This document shows, piece by piece, positions 8,849-18,238 of a stretch of 64,000 nucleotides of DNA (position 1 is the stretch's first letter; each line of letters opens with the position of its first letter). The notes beneath the pieces were generated by a model that saw only the letters and a program-made list of their open reading frames with translations, did not search any database and had not been told where the DNA came from. Origin of the DNA: a virus; IMG/VR virus record IMGVR_UViG_3300002138_000190, positions 26,516 to 90,515 of that record. One strand, 5' to 3'. The translations under genes and the position numbers were made by a program.

Positions 8849-11389
8849 TTAGAAATATTCTTCTTCGCTGAAATCTATTTCTTCGTTGTCTTGTTCGGCT
8901 GCGTAATCTTCAATGCCCATGTCGAATAATTCTATTTCTTCAGGAGTTGGGTCTGGCAATGAACTTGGTTGGTTTGACTTTCCTGAACTTTGTTTGCCTA
9001 TTTCAGGAACAGAAGGCAATTCTGATTCTTTGTCATTCAAAGCTGGCAATTCTCCTTCAGGAGATAAATCTGGATTTGGCCCTTCTGGTGTTGCTCCAAT
9101 TTCTGGATTTTCTTTTGATTGTTCATCTGCTGGAATTCCAATTCCTAGCAATTGAGGATTTTGTCCTAATATTTGCATTTTGGCATCTTCAAGTTTTTGA
9201 ATTTTGAGCCTTGCTAACATTTCTTGAGTATCATCTATAGAATACTTTAAATATTTTGTTATGATGTCGTAATCAGATAGCAGTAAGGAAGATTTTATTG
9301 TTGATGCATTTGTAATTCTTGCAGTTATAACATCTGCTCTGCTTAATTCTCTCCAATCACTTGGAGGTGTCATTTTAATCATAAGGTCATTATAGCTTTC
9401 CTTGGGATAGCCTTTAAGCCTTAAATGTCTATGAGCTATTTCCCAAATGCCATCTTCTACCGCTGATTGAAATCTTTCAACAAGTCTAGCAAATCTGCTA
9501 TCTTGAGAACTCAATGTCATTTTAGTTATTGAGAAATCATTTGCTTGAAAATAACTTAAGGGGAAATTCAAGGAAATAAATAATTTTTCTTTGAAGTAAT
9601 TAACATCAGATACCTCACCAAGATTAGTAGCTCCTGGTAGTGTTTCAATTTTAGTTTGTGAATTAGGTCTTGTGGGTAGCCAAAAATCTTCGTCAATTGC
9701 AGGAGCATGCCATCTTTCATCTATGGATGATGCACCACCTCCACCAAGATTACTTGTTGTAGCTTTTCGTTTTCTAAACTGTGATTTCATTCTTTCAATA
9801 AAAGCTTCCGCTTTAAATGGTGGTAAAGTGCCAACATCTATATAAAAAATTCTTCTCTCAGTACTTCTGGATAATCTATAAACTAACATTGCATCTTCGC
9901 ATAACCGTAATTGTTGTGCTGGCCCTCTTGCTGGCTCAATTACACTTACACCATATGGATAAAATGTTTTTCTGTCTTCTCCAATTCGCAAATGAACAAT
10001 CTGTTCTGGAGCAAATCGTATCGCAGTTGCACTCATTAATTTTGCATCATCTGTGTCAACAACAGGAGAGGAAAGTAAAGATGTGTAATCTGGCCCTTCT
10101 TTACTTTGTTGGAACTCTATGCAATTTCCTTTTGTTGTTTCAATTCTGTACATAGAATCTGCTGGCAATCCTGTTATTTTGTAAATACCTTCTGTGGGAT
10201 TTTCTTGATTAATAATAATTTCCCAAAATAAATCTCCATGAGCTAAAAGATTTTTAAAATCAGACCATAATCTACGATTCATATTCAACATGCTTCTGTG
10301 AAAAAACAAAAAGTTCAACTCTTCTTTTACATCTTGATTTTCACAACGAATATCAAAAACATTGTTATCGTTGTTTCTTTGGCAGTTGTGTACAATAATC
10401 GAATCTGTTGCAAAATTATGATGTTTTTCAACAGTTAGATCATATACTTCTTGGATAGAACCTTTTTCTATACTTAAAACTTTTCTTCTGTCTTTAAATG
10501 TTTTTAAATATTTGATTTCCTTAAATGAAAAACCATGATTTTTCAATCTGTATTGAGTAGTTCGTCTGTGAACCTTTGTTTTCATTGAGACATCTTTTAT
10601 TTTCATGCCAGCAGATATCAATCTGGTGGTCATATTAATAAGATCATATTTATCAATGTCTTTTTCGGCTTTGAATTCATCAACAAATTGTCTTTCGTGA
10701 ATCCAGCCTTTATTGTGAGTGAAAATTCTTGGATATTGTGAAATTTTTGATTGTGTTAAATCTTGATTAGGTTTTATTCTATAAAAAGGCATGATTTCAT
10801 CAAATGGTTTGATTTTACCAGCTTCTATCCAACTTCCATCTCTTTTTAATATTTTGTGATCTTCTGTACATTCTAAAAAGGAAGCATTGTCAAAATAAAC
10901 TTTAATAGTTTGGCTAGTTTTTGTAATTCTTGGATCATATGCCCAACCCAATGTGTAATCTTTTTTCTCAGAATCATAACAATAAACTAAAAATTTTTCA
11001 TTTTTTTTTGTTTCGTAAAGTTCCTTCATAGTCTTTAAGCCAAAAGGAGTTGAAATTTTTGTATCACCTGAAATACAAGCTTCATCAGAATAAATGTTTA
11101 AAACAGTTTCTATTTCTGGCATGGCTCTTAAACGATCATACTCTTTGTAACGAGACATTCTATTTGCAATAGTTGATAAATCAATAAAATCATTGCTTTC
11201 TCTGAATCTAACTATTCTTTGATCTTGAGAGCCGTAAAACCCACCATCTGGGCTTAATGAAGGAACTGAATCAGGTTGTGAAATCCCTGCACCAATAATA
11301 TCTTTGGTTGCTATTTTTTTAGTCAAAGGGTCTTCGGAAAAAGCATATGTGAATGTTTTATAAAAATCAGCCCAAATTGGAGATGGCAT
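8849..11389 (-). CDS. gp20: Portal protein, T4 gp20-like, intein-containing
   Basis: RYKEYDRL, EQIVHLR, YGVSVIEPAR, EDAMLVYRLSRSTERRIFYIDVGTLP, EDFWLP, IETLPG. About 615 aa after intein removal. Confidence 0.95.
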   Translation of the reverse strand: MPSPIWADFYKTFTYAFSEDPLTKKIATKDIIGAGISQPDSVPSLSPDGGFYGSQDQRIVRFRESNDFIDLSTIANRMSRYKEYDRLRAMPEIETVLNIYSDEACISGDTKISTPFGLKTMKELYETKKNEKFLVYCYDSEKKDYTLGWAYDPRITKTSQTIKVYFDNASFLECTEDHKILKRDGSWIEAGKIKPFDEIMPFYRIKPNQDLTQSKISQYPRIFTHNKGWIHERQFVDEFKAEKDIDKYDLINMTTRLISAGMKIKDVSMKTKVHRRTTQYRLKNHGFSFKEIKYLKTFKDRRKVLSIEKGSIQEVYDLTVEKHHNFATDSIIVHNCQRNNDNNVFDIRCENQDVKEELNFLFFHRSMLNMNRRLWSDFKNLLAHGDLFWEIIINQENPTEGIYKITGLPADSMYRIETTKGNCIEFQQSKEGPDYTSLLSSPVVDTDDAKLMSATAIRFAPEQIVHLRIGEDRKTFYPYGVSVIEPARGPAQQLRLCEDAMLVYRLSRSTERRIFYIDVGTLPPFKAEAFIERMKSQFRKRKATTSNLGGGGASSIDERWHAPAIDEDFWLPTRPNSQTKIETLPGATNLGEVSDVNYFKEKLFISLNFPLSYFQANDFSITKMTLSSQDSRFARLVERFQSAVEDGIWEIAHRHLRLKGYPKESYNDLMIKMTPPSDWRELSRADVITARITNASTIKSSLLLSDYDIITKYLKYSIDDTQEMLARLKIQKLEDAKMQILGQNPQLLGIGIPADEQSKENPEIGATPEGPNPDLSPEGELPALNDKESELPSVPEIGKQSSGKSNQPSSLPDPTPEEIELFDMGIEDYAAEQDNEEIDFSEEEYF
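10385..11077 (-). mobile_element. Intein (231 aa) in the portal gene
   Basis: Block A CISGDTKI, block B ECTEDHKIL, block F VYDLTVEKHHNF, block G IIVHN followed by Cys+1. No LAGLIDADG motif visible. Confidence 0.93.
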
Positions 11390-11429
11390 ACTAAATTTCC
11401 TCTTGTGTACTTAACTATCATATATATGT

Positions 11430-12038
11430 ATGCTATATTTTAACAGAAAAAAAGTGATTTTACTAATATCCCATTATGGATGTCATGTTCTTGATTTGTA
11501 CAACATTATGTTGTATCATTCGAGAATTAATGGGTTTTTCAATAATAATCCTGAAAGAACTGTGGATTACAATAACCCAACTTGTTCGTTTCTTAAGAAA
11601 AAAGATCATACATGGCAAGGAAAAGATAAAATTTACTTAGATACAATTTTTTTTAATTATAAAATTGGATGCAAAAGTTTATTTAAAAATGAGGATGTTG
11701 AATTTTTATTTTATTTGGGAAATGGAATTGAAACTCTTGATAAAATAAACAAACAAACAGGCTATAACGCTGATGTAGCAAAAAGATATTATTCTTTTAG
11801 GTTAAGAAGAATTTGTGAAATTATGTGTCAAGTTCAAAATCCCAATGTTTACATAGAAGGTTATTCTGATAGTAAAAAATTGTGTTCTTATATTAATCAA
11901 AAATACAAGTTGTTTCCATCTTTAGATTTCATATTAAAATACGAAAAGGAAACACATGGAATTCCAGAAAATTGTTTTGAGAGATATTTTTCTTTTATGA
12001 TTAGAATGAAAGAAATGAAAAAAATTAATATTTTTTAA
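11430..12038 (+). CDS. Hypothetical protein
   Basis: 202-aa ORF on the opposite strand between portal and terminase; start uncertain. Confidence 0.6.
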   Translation: MLYFNRKKVILLISHYGCHVLDLYNIMLYHSRINGFFNNNPERTVDYNNPTCSFLKKKDHTWQGKDKIYLDTIFFNYKIGCKSLFKNEDVEFLFYLGNGIETLDKINKQTGYNADVAKRYYSFRLRRICEIMCQVQNPNVYIEGYSDSKKLCSYINQKYKLFPSLDFILKYEKETHGIPENCFERYFSFMIRMKEMKKINIF

Positions 12039-12355
12039 TCTAATAAAATATTATTTGGAGTTGATGTGAAATTTTTTTCTATTTTTTTATTTAAAAAATC
12101 AGATTCTTTTTTTATTAAAGCATCTATTGTTTTTAAATTACCTTTTGTATTCTTTGGATCTTCTTTTGCACTTTCTTTTTTCTTTTTCAATTTATTTTTT
12201 TGTTTTAATTCGTTTATTTCAATTATTTGAAAAGCTTTTTGCAGTAGAGGTATAACATCTTTGTTTTCTCTCATGGAAAGATTTACGGCTAATTTTAAAA
12301 CATTTTTAAGTTGATTGTTATTCATGAACGCACCTTTAAAGTATTTGATTTGCAA
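12035..12355 (-). CDS. Small basic hypothetical protein downstream of terminase
   Basis: 106-aa Lys-rich ORF overlapping the end of the terminase gene. Confidence 0.6.
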   Translation of the reverse strand: MQIKYFKGAFMNNNQLKNVLKLAVNLSMRENKDVIPLLQKAFQIIEINELKQKNKLKKKKESAKEDPKNTKGNLKTIDALIKKESDFLNKKIEKNFTSTPNNILLD

Positions 12356-14177
12356 TATTGGCTAAATATACATTAATTGTAATTAAAATACTCCAGCCAA
12401 ATTCTTTCAGTATATCATTCTTATTTCTGTATTTGTTTATTAGCATTTCTTTTGTTTGTTCATCTAGATCATTTGAATCGTTATCAAAATCAAAATTGTC
12501 ATCATGGAAAACAATCATTTTGTTCAAGCTTTCTTTAAGCTCTTCCCTTAATTGATTAATAGTTTGGCTCTGAACAACAACATTACCTAAATTTGGTGAC
12601 TTAATGTTAAAAGCAGAAATGTTATTGAACATGCTATCTCTTGCATATAAAGCTAAAGCAGTAGCCATGATTGCATCGTCATGTTTTCCTCTTTGTGCTT
12701 GTGCCTTTTTTGAAATTACATTGTATTCAAAAGTTTTTAATTCATTAACAAGCCTCATAGAATTTATTTTCAAAGAATCATTATAAATTTTTTGTTGAAA
12801 TGTTTGAAGTATAATAGGTCTGTTTTGAACAGTTATTTTAACACCAGGTTTAGGATTTTTACTTGTGTGAGCGTTATTGTAAAATAAGTTTTCGTAAAAA
12901 TATTCATGTAATAAAGAATTTAGTATAGCACCACCTGTACTCATGTCTTCAACTACAATTAATGCCTTGTTATAAAAACTAGCAATTTCTTTTGATACTT
13001 GAGCAAATTCATGAGTTGGAATGTTATTACTGTAAAATTCAGCTACTTGTTCTAATGTGTTTTGATTTATAATTTGCAAGCAAGAATTATCTCCACCATC
13101 TCCAATTCCTTCAGCCGAATCCAATCCAGCTATGTATTCTTGTCCATCAACAGGTTCTTTCCAAATCCACAAAGCACCTTTTCCCATGTCATTTTCAGAT
13201 ATATCGGATCTATTTGCCCAACTAGGAAGTATTTTTTTATATGGTATCTTCTTTTTGGTAGTTCTATCTAATTCAGTAAGTTTATTACTTGAAATATAAG
13301 TTTCACCAGATCCTAGAAATACTCTCAAAACTTCCTGTAGAAAACCTCTTTCTCCTAATTGTGCTTTTTGTTCTATTGACCAGTTAGGATTTTTTGAATC
13401 ACAGTAATCAGGATGCTCCCAATAATCTAAATCAATAACATTAAACATATTTAGTTTTTCTTTAGCAGCAGAATATGTTTCTTCATACCAATTACCAACA
13501 CCATTTACAGTTGAAATAACTACGCAATTACCCCCTGTGCTAAGTACAGGCCACATAGCTTTCCAATGTGTTTCCATGTCAGGGATAAATGCTGCTTCGT
13601 CAATTATAAGCAAGCTTGTTGCTTTACCTCTGGCTGCTTCTGGAGAATAAAACATCATGTTGCCTCCAGTTTCCATAAATTGTTTTAAATGGTCATTCCA
13701 CTTGCCACTATCTTTATTTGGCTTCAACCATTCAGGCAAATATTCAACTGCACGATCTACAATCATACCGATAATAGTGGCTTCTCTATCTGTTTTTGAC
13801 AATAACATGATTTGTTGATCAAGTTTAAACATGCACCGCCACATTCCATACAACAATGTAACAGTAGTCAAACCACCCTGTCTAAATTTACTTATAATGT
13901 TAAATCTTGAACTTTCATATTCTTGAATGCATTTGTTTTGATATTTGTATATTATAAACGGTATTAATCCTTTTGTTGGATGTAATATTTTTACATATTT
14001 GTGGCAAAAGTAACTAAAGCTTTGAGTGCATTTTAAAATTTCTTTTTGTTGATTTTCAAAACTTAAATTATTTAAATCTTGTAAAGTTTCAGTTGTTGGG
14101 ATTTCAAATTGATTGAAATCAAAGTGGAAAAAATTTTTATCGTATTTTTTTAAATAATTAGTCTTGAAATTTACCAT
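12336..14177 (-). CDS. gp17: Terminase large subunit, T4 gp17-like
   Basis: Walker A variant SKFRQGGLTT, Walker B LLIIDEAAFI, coupling motif STVNG, nuclease motifs GLDSAEG and HDDAIMA. Confidence 0.95.
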   Translation of the reverse strand: MVNFKTNYLKKYDKNFFHFDFNQFEIPTTETLQDLNNLSFENQQKEILKCTQSFSYFCHKYVKILHPTKGLIPFIIYKYQNKCIQEYESSRFNIISKFRQGGLTTVTLLYGMWRCMFKLDQQIMLLSKTDREATIIGMIVDRAVEYLPEWLKPNKDSGKWNDHLKQFMETGGNMMFYSPEAARGKATSLLIIDEAAFIPDMETHWKAMWPVLSTGGNCVVISTVNGVGNWYEETYSAAKEKLNMFNVIDLDYWEHPDYCDSKNPNWSIEQKAQLGERGFLQEVLRVFLGSGETYISSNKLTELDRTTKKKIPYKKILPSWANRSDISENDMGKGALWIWKEPVDGQEYIAGLDSAEGIGDGGDNSCLQIINQNTLEQVAEFYSNNIPTHEFAQVSKEIASFYNKALIVVEDMSTGGAILNSLLHEYFYENLFYNNAHTSKNPKPGVKITVQNRPIILQTFQQKIYNDSLKINSMRLVNELKTFEYNVISKKAQAQRGKHDDAIMATALALYARDSMFNNISAFNIKSPNLGNVVVQSQTINQLREELKESLNKMIVFHDDNFDFDNDSNDLDEQTKEMLINKYRNKNDILKEFGWSILITINVYLANIANQIL

Positions 14178-14226
14178 GTTATATTATATTATATTTCAAA
14201 TAATTATATTTTATTAAGGAATAATT

Positions 14227-14670
14227 ATGCACAATGACGAATTAATTGAAATTTTAAAACAAGATTTGAAAAATGAAAGAAAACACATGTTGTTTTATCT
14301 TACTCATGCAAGTACGATAACAGGCAACAATAGGATAAGTCTTAGAAATTTCCTTATGGGTGAAGCAGCATCAGAAATGAAGCATGTGCAAGAATTTCAG
14401 GATTTTATTATTGGAATGAATGGCAAATTAGAAGATTCTGATGTTGAATTCGTAGATTTTCCAGTATTAACTGATGCTGAGCAAATAATCAGATATGCTT
14501 ATAATATGGAAATGGAAGTTGTTAGAAATTATTGTAATAGATTAAAAGATGCCGAATCACTAAATGACTTTGCATCTTTTAAATGGCTTGAAGTATTTCT
14601 TGAGCAACAAATTGAACATAGTAGATCAGATGCGGATAATTTAAAACAAATTTTATCAAATTTTAAATAG
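14227..14670 (+). CDS. bfr: Bacterioferritin-like protein
   Basis: E17, Y24, E50-M51-K-H53 (EMKH), E95 and H131 align with the Bfr ferroxidase residues and heme Met. The E127 equivalent appears to be Gln. RBS AAGGA. Confidence 0.75.
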   Translation: MHNDELIEILKQDLKNERKHMLFYLTHASTITGNNRISLRNFLMGEAASEMKHVQEFQDFIIGMNGKLEDSDVEFVDFPVLTDAEQIIRYAYNMEMEVVRNYCNRLKDAESLNDFASFKWLEVFLEQQIEHSRSDADNLKQILSNFK

Positions 14671-14700
14671 ATAAGTTAAGTTTACTAAAAGGAAAATAAT

Positions 14701-15519
14701 ATGGCATTTTTTCAAAATCCGTTTGAGTTTACATTTAATGGGTCTTTGTTTGGAATTGGCCCTCAATATACTATTTCGTATAATATAGGGGCAAACAGAA
14801 ATAGCCCAAGTTATATTGCTGCTTATAATTTAGAGCCTTATGATTTATCTGAAGGTGCTGATTTGGTATTTAATGTTGCAACAGATCCTGAAATGTTGCA
14901 TTTTCATCCTTTTGCAGTAACTTTAACAGGAAGTACAATTGCTGCTGTTACTGCTGCGGAAATTGTATCAGTATTAAATGCAAATAGTCAGTTTGCAGAA
15001 TTTTTTAGTGCTAGATCTATCAAATTTAATTCTTCGGATGCAAAAAATACTGTTTTGATAGTTGCAAAAAATAGAACTTTCTTTAAGTGTTACATTTCTA
15101 ACAAAGATGCTTGTTTTCCTCTTGCTATAAACAAATATGCACCAGTAAAAGAATTACCTGATTTATTTCAACAATATTCAATTCAGAATATTTATAGTTA
15201 TTTAAATTTAGGAACTCAAAGAATTCTTTATCTTGATCCTTTAGATGAAGATGATGCCAAGGTAATTACAAATGCAGGATTTGATCCTCTTTCTCAAACC
15301 CCAGATTGGAAATTATTGGCAAGTGCTTCTCCATTTTATACATTTACTAAAACTGTTTATTCTAGTGGAAGTATTGTTGATTATAAGCTTGCTTATAATG
15401 CTGGATCAAAAGTTGGACAGATGTGCAAAAAAACAGTTTATCAATATGCAGGGGCTAACATTACTGGTGTTTTAGAAATACCTTATATTTTACAAGAAAG
15501 TGATTTAATTGAACCGTAG
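14701..15519 (+). CDS. Hypothetical protein, possibly virion structural
   Basis: 272-aa ORF with RBS AAGGA; beta-rich composition with a VTAAEIVSVLNA segment. Confidence 0.7.
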   Translation: MAFFQNPFEFTFNGSLFGIGPQYTISYNIGANRNSPSYIAAYNLEPYDLSEGADLVFNVATDPEMLHFHPFAVTLTGSTIAAVTAAEIVSVLNANSQFAEFFSARSIKFNSSDAKNTVLIVAKNRTFFKCYISNKDACFPLAINKYAPVKELPDLFQQYSIQNIYSYLNLGTQRILYLDPLDEDDAKVITNAGFDPLSQTPDWKLLASASPFYTFTKTVYSSGSIVDYKLAYNAGSKVGQMCKKTVYQYAGANITGVLEIPYILQESDLIEP

Positions 15520-15521
15520 TT

Positions 15522-16043
15522 TCAAATTAAATCATCTCCCCATTTAGATCTTATTTTATCTATAAGTTCTTTTTCCATTCTTTCAACACTAGCATTTTTC
15601 TTTTGTAATTTTTCTTCATTTACTTTTTTAAGTCTTTCTATACTTCTGATAAAAATAGCTTCAACAGAAGACTCCCATTCTTTTTCAGGTATGTAAGATA
15701 ATAAATCATTAGATAATTCATGATATTTAACATATCCTTTATAATAAAGCTTAATTTCATTTTCATTTATTAAGTATTTTATTTCTAAATGATTTCCCAA
15801 GTTTACACCATCATAAAAATATCCTAATAGACAACTTGTATGATCTTCTGAAAATGTTTCAAATTGATTTTTTTCTTCAATATCACCATAAACTAAATCT
15901 GTTTGATCTCTTCCAAAATAATCTTCAATTATGGAATTCCCAAACATTTGACAGATAATAGATAGTTTGCCTTGTGGCCCGAAAAAATTTTTATTAAGTG
16001 CTAAGGCTAATCTTTGTTCTTTTATTTTATTTTCAATGTTCAT
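15522..16043 (-). CDS. Hypothetical protein
   Basis: ORF track 15522..16112; start moved to ATG at 16043 so it does not overlap the divergent protease start. Confidence 0.6.
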   Translation of the reverse strand: MNIENKIKEQRLALALNKNFFGPQGKLSIICQMFGNSIIEDYFGRDQTDLVYGDIEEKNQFETFSEDHTSCLLGYFYDGVNLGNHLEIKYLINENEIKLYYKGYVKYHELSNDLLSYIPEKEWESSVEAIFIRSIERLKKVNEEKLQKKNASVERMEKELIDKIRSKWGDDLI

Positions 16044-16089
16044 AATAGATACATTAGTAATATTTTTTAAATTTGAAAAAGGAAATTCT

Positions 16090-17661
16090 ATGTTTAAAAT
16101 TTGCAATATCATATTTAATTATGTTAAAAGATTTTTTACTTTTAAAAAGCCCATGTGTGTTAATGCAACAAGTAAGTTAACTTTACATTACATAAATGAT
16201 CCTTCAACCCCAAACATAAAAGAAAATGTTAATTTGCCTGTTAATAACTTCATGAAATTAAAAGTAAACAACATGACTGATGTTGGCGGTTCTGTTTTAG
16301 GATCAGTACAATGGCAAGCTGATAATGCATATATTTCTTTAACAAATTGTTTGAACTCATTACAAAAATTTTTCCCATCAAATATAAAAAAATGGGCAGC
16401 AACAAATAATTTAGTTGTTTATCCAAGAGCAGGAAAAGATGCAAATGCTTATTACGATAGAAGTTCTTTAAAGTTTTTCTATTTTAATTCTTACGCTGAT
16501 GGAAAATTAATTTATTCTGTCGAATCAAGTGATATTGTAACGCATGAATTAGGACATGCAATATTAGATGCAATAAGACCAGATTTTTGGAATGCTGCTG
16601 CATTTGAAATAGGTGCGTTTCATGAATCTTTTGGTGATTTGATAGCACTTTTAAACATTTTGCAATATGACACAGTAATTAACACCATTTTAATTGATAC
16701 AAAAGGAAATTTGAGGCAAAATAATTTTGTCTCGGAGTTAGCAGAGCAATTTGGAAGTGCCTTGGAAATTCCTCATGGACTTAGAAATGCTTTTAATTCT
16801 GAAAGTTATGTTAATCCTGATTTTCTTCCATCTGATGGAAAAGGTTTAATAAAAGAAATTCATAGTTTTAGTGTTGTTTGGACAGGTGCTTTTTATGATA
16901 TTTTTGTTTCAATATATGAAAAATTAGGAAAATCAAAAGCTTCTTTGATTCAAGCTAGAGATATAGTAACTAAACTTTTATTTGAATCTGTAACAAAAGT
17001 TCCTGCAACTGTGAAGTTTTTTAATTCGTTGGCAAAATGTATGATTGCTACTGATAAGAAAATAAATGGAAAGTTGTACAGTTCTATACTTATAGATGTT
17101 TTCAAGAAAAGAAACATTTTAACTGCTTCTGATGTGCAGCAAATGAGTCTTTCCAACATATCGATTTTATCAGAAGAAAAAGAAAATTATTTGTTTACAA
17201 GTAACAAAGAAATTTTTGTAAATTCAAATAACAACAAAATAAAAGTACAGTTGGCATGCGATTCATTTCATGATAATGAAAAAAACAAATTAAATGCCCT
17301 TTCAATTTTTAGTGATGATATTGATTCTTATCAAGAAGCTGAATCTTTTGTTAATTATCTTTTTTCTAAAGATTTAATTGGCAATGACAAAAAGCATAAT
17401 TGGTTTATTGATAAAGATAATGACAATAAATTAACAAGAATTAAAATGCAAAGTGATTTTGGTTTTATAAACAACTGTACAATAAAAGGTCAACCTGAAT
17501 ATAAAAAATGCTGGAAGCCAGATAATAATTCGGGTTGTTGTCCTTATGGATGTCCGAAAACAGAAAATGAAGAGCCAACTAATTATAAGTCTTGTGCTGT
17601 TCGTTATTCTGCTTGTAACAATAATGTTACTAGTTCTAGTTGCAATAATAAAATTTTATAA
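16090..17661 (+). CDS. Zinc metalloprotease, thermolysin (M4)/fungalysin (M36)-like, with a Cys-rich C-terminus
   Basis: NAYY, HELGH (HExxH), GAFHESFGD (third Zn ligand), EIHSFSVVWTGAFYD. ATG at 16090 has an AAGGA RBS (track start 15967). Confidence 0.85.
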   Translation: MFKICNIIFNYVKRFFTFKKPMCVNATSKLTLHYINDPSTPNIKENVNLPVNNFMKLKVNNMTDVGGSVLGSVQWQADNAYISLTNCLNSLQKFFPSNIKKWAATNNLVVYPRAGKDANAYYDRSSLKFFYFNSYADGKLIYSVESSDIVTHELGHAILDAIRPDFWNAAAFEIGAFHESFGDLIALLNILQYDTVINTILIDTKGNLRQNNFVSELAEQFGSALEIPHGLRNAFNSESYVNPDFLPSDGKGLIKEIHSFSVVWTGAFYDIFVSIYEKLGKSKASLIQARDIVTKLLFESVTKVPATVKFFNSLAKCMIATDKKINGKLYSSILIDVFKKRNILTASDVQQMSLSNISILSEEKENYLFTSNKEIFVNSNNNKIKVQLACDSFHDNEKNKLNALSIFSDDIDSYQEAESFVNYLFSKDLIGNDKKHNWFIDKDNDNKLTRIKMQSDFGFINNCTIKGQPEYKKCWKPDNNSGCCPYGCPKTENEEPTNYKSCAVRYSACNNNVTSSSCNNKIL

Positions 17662-17670
17662 GGAGGTTTT

Positions 17671-17805
17671 ATGTTAAATATTTTGTTTTGGGTTGGTGTT
17701 GGCTTGGTAATAGGATGGCATGTACCTCAGCCTTTTTGGGTAAAATTTCTTTTTGAAAAAGTATTGGATTTAGTAAAACAAAAGATTTTTGGCTTTAAGA
17801 AATAA
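17671..17805 (+). CDS. Small membrane protein (44 aa), missing from the ORF track
   Basis: RBS AAGGAGG then ATG; MLNILFWVGVGLVIGWHVPQPFWVKFLFEKVLDLVKQKIFGFKK. Confidence 0.8.
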   Translation: MLNILFWVGVGLVIGWHVPQPFWVKFLFEKVLDLVKQKIFGFKK

Positions 17806-17893
17806 ATTAAAATTTATTTCTTAAATTTATATTTGTATTTTTAAAAAATAATAATAAAATATATAAGGTGTTTATTTTTCAAAAGGAGAAATT

Positions 17894-18217
17894 ATGCTTT
17901 TGTCATTTAATATTGATAATAAAGAAAAATTGTCTTTGTATTACCAAGAAGTCAATAGTTACAATAGCGAAAGTGATTTTAACGATGACGATTGGGAAAA
18001 TTTAGATAAAGATGATGAAGACGATGATGAAGATGAAGACGATGAAGACGATGATGAAGATGAAGACGATGATGACGATGATGAAGATTATGAAGACGAT
18101 GACGATTGGGATAATTTAGACGATGAAGACGATGAAGACGATGAAGACGATGAAGACGATGAAGACGATGAAGACGATGAAGACGATGAAGACGATGAAG
18201 ACGATGAAGACGATTAA
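17894..18217 (+). CDS. Extremely acidic D/E-rich protein
   Basis: RBS AAGGAG; the C-terminal ~80 residues are almost all D/E, with two W-x-N-L-D motifs. Confidence 0.75.
   Translation: MLLSFNIDNKEKLSLYYQEVNSYNSESDFNDDDWENLDKDDEDDDEDEDDEDDDEDEDDDDDDEDYEDDDDWDNLDDEDDEDDEDDEDDEDDEDDEDDEDDEDDEDD
18119..18208 (+). repeat. Perfect 9-bp tandem repeat (GACGATGAA)x10
   Basis: Counted directly; encodes (DDE)10 and is followed by GAC GAT TAA. Confidence 0.95.
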
Positions 18218-18238
18218 TTGTTTTCGCTGTCTGCAAAA

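Noticed and set aside
12035-12355. 106-aa gene as terminase small subunit
   Set aside because: It lies downstream rather than upstream of the large subunit and shows no supporting motif; left as hypothetical.
13860-13900. Terminase Walker A without the canonical Lys (FRQGGLTT), read as possible inactivation
   Set aside because: All other ATPase and nuclease motifs are intact, and Lys-less Walker A variants are, to my knowledge, found in other gp17-like terminases; not treated as a pseudogene.
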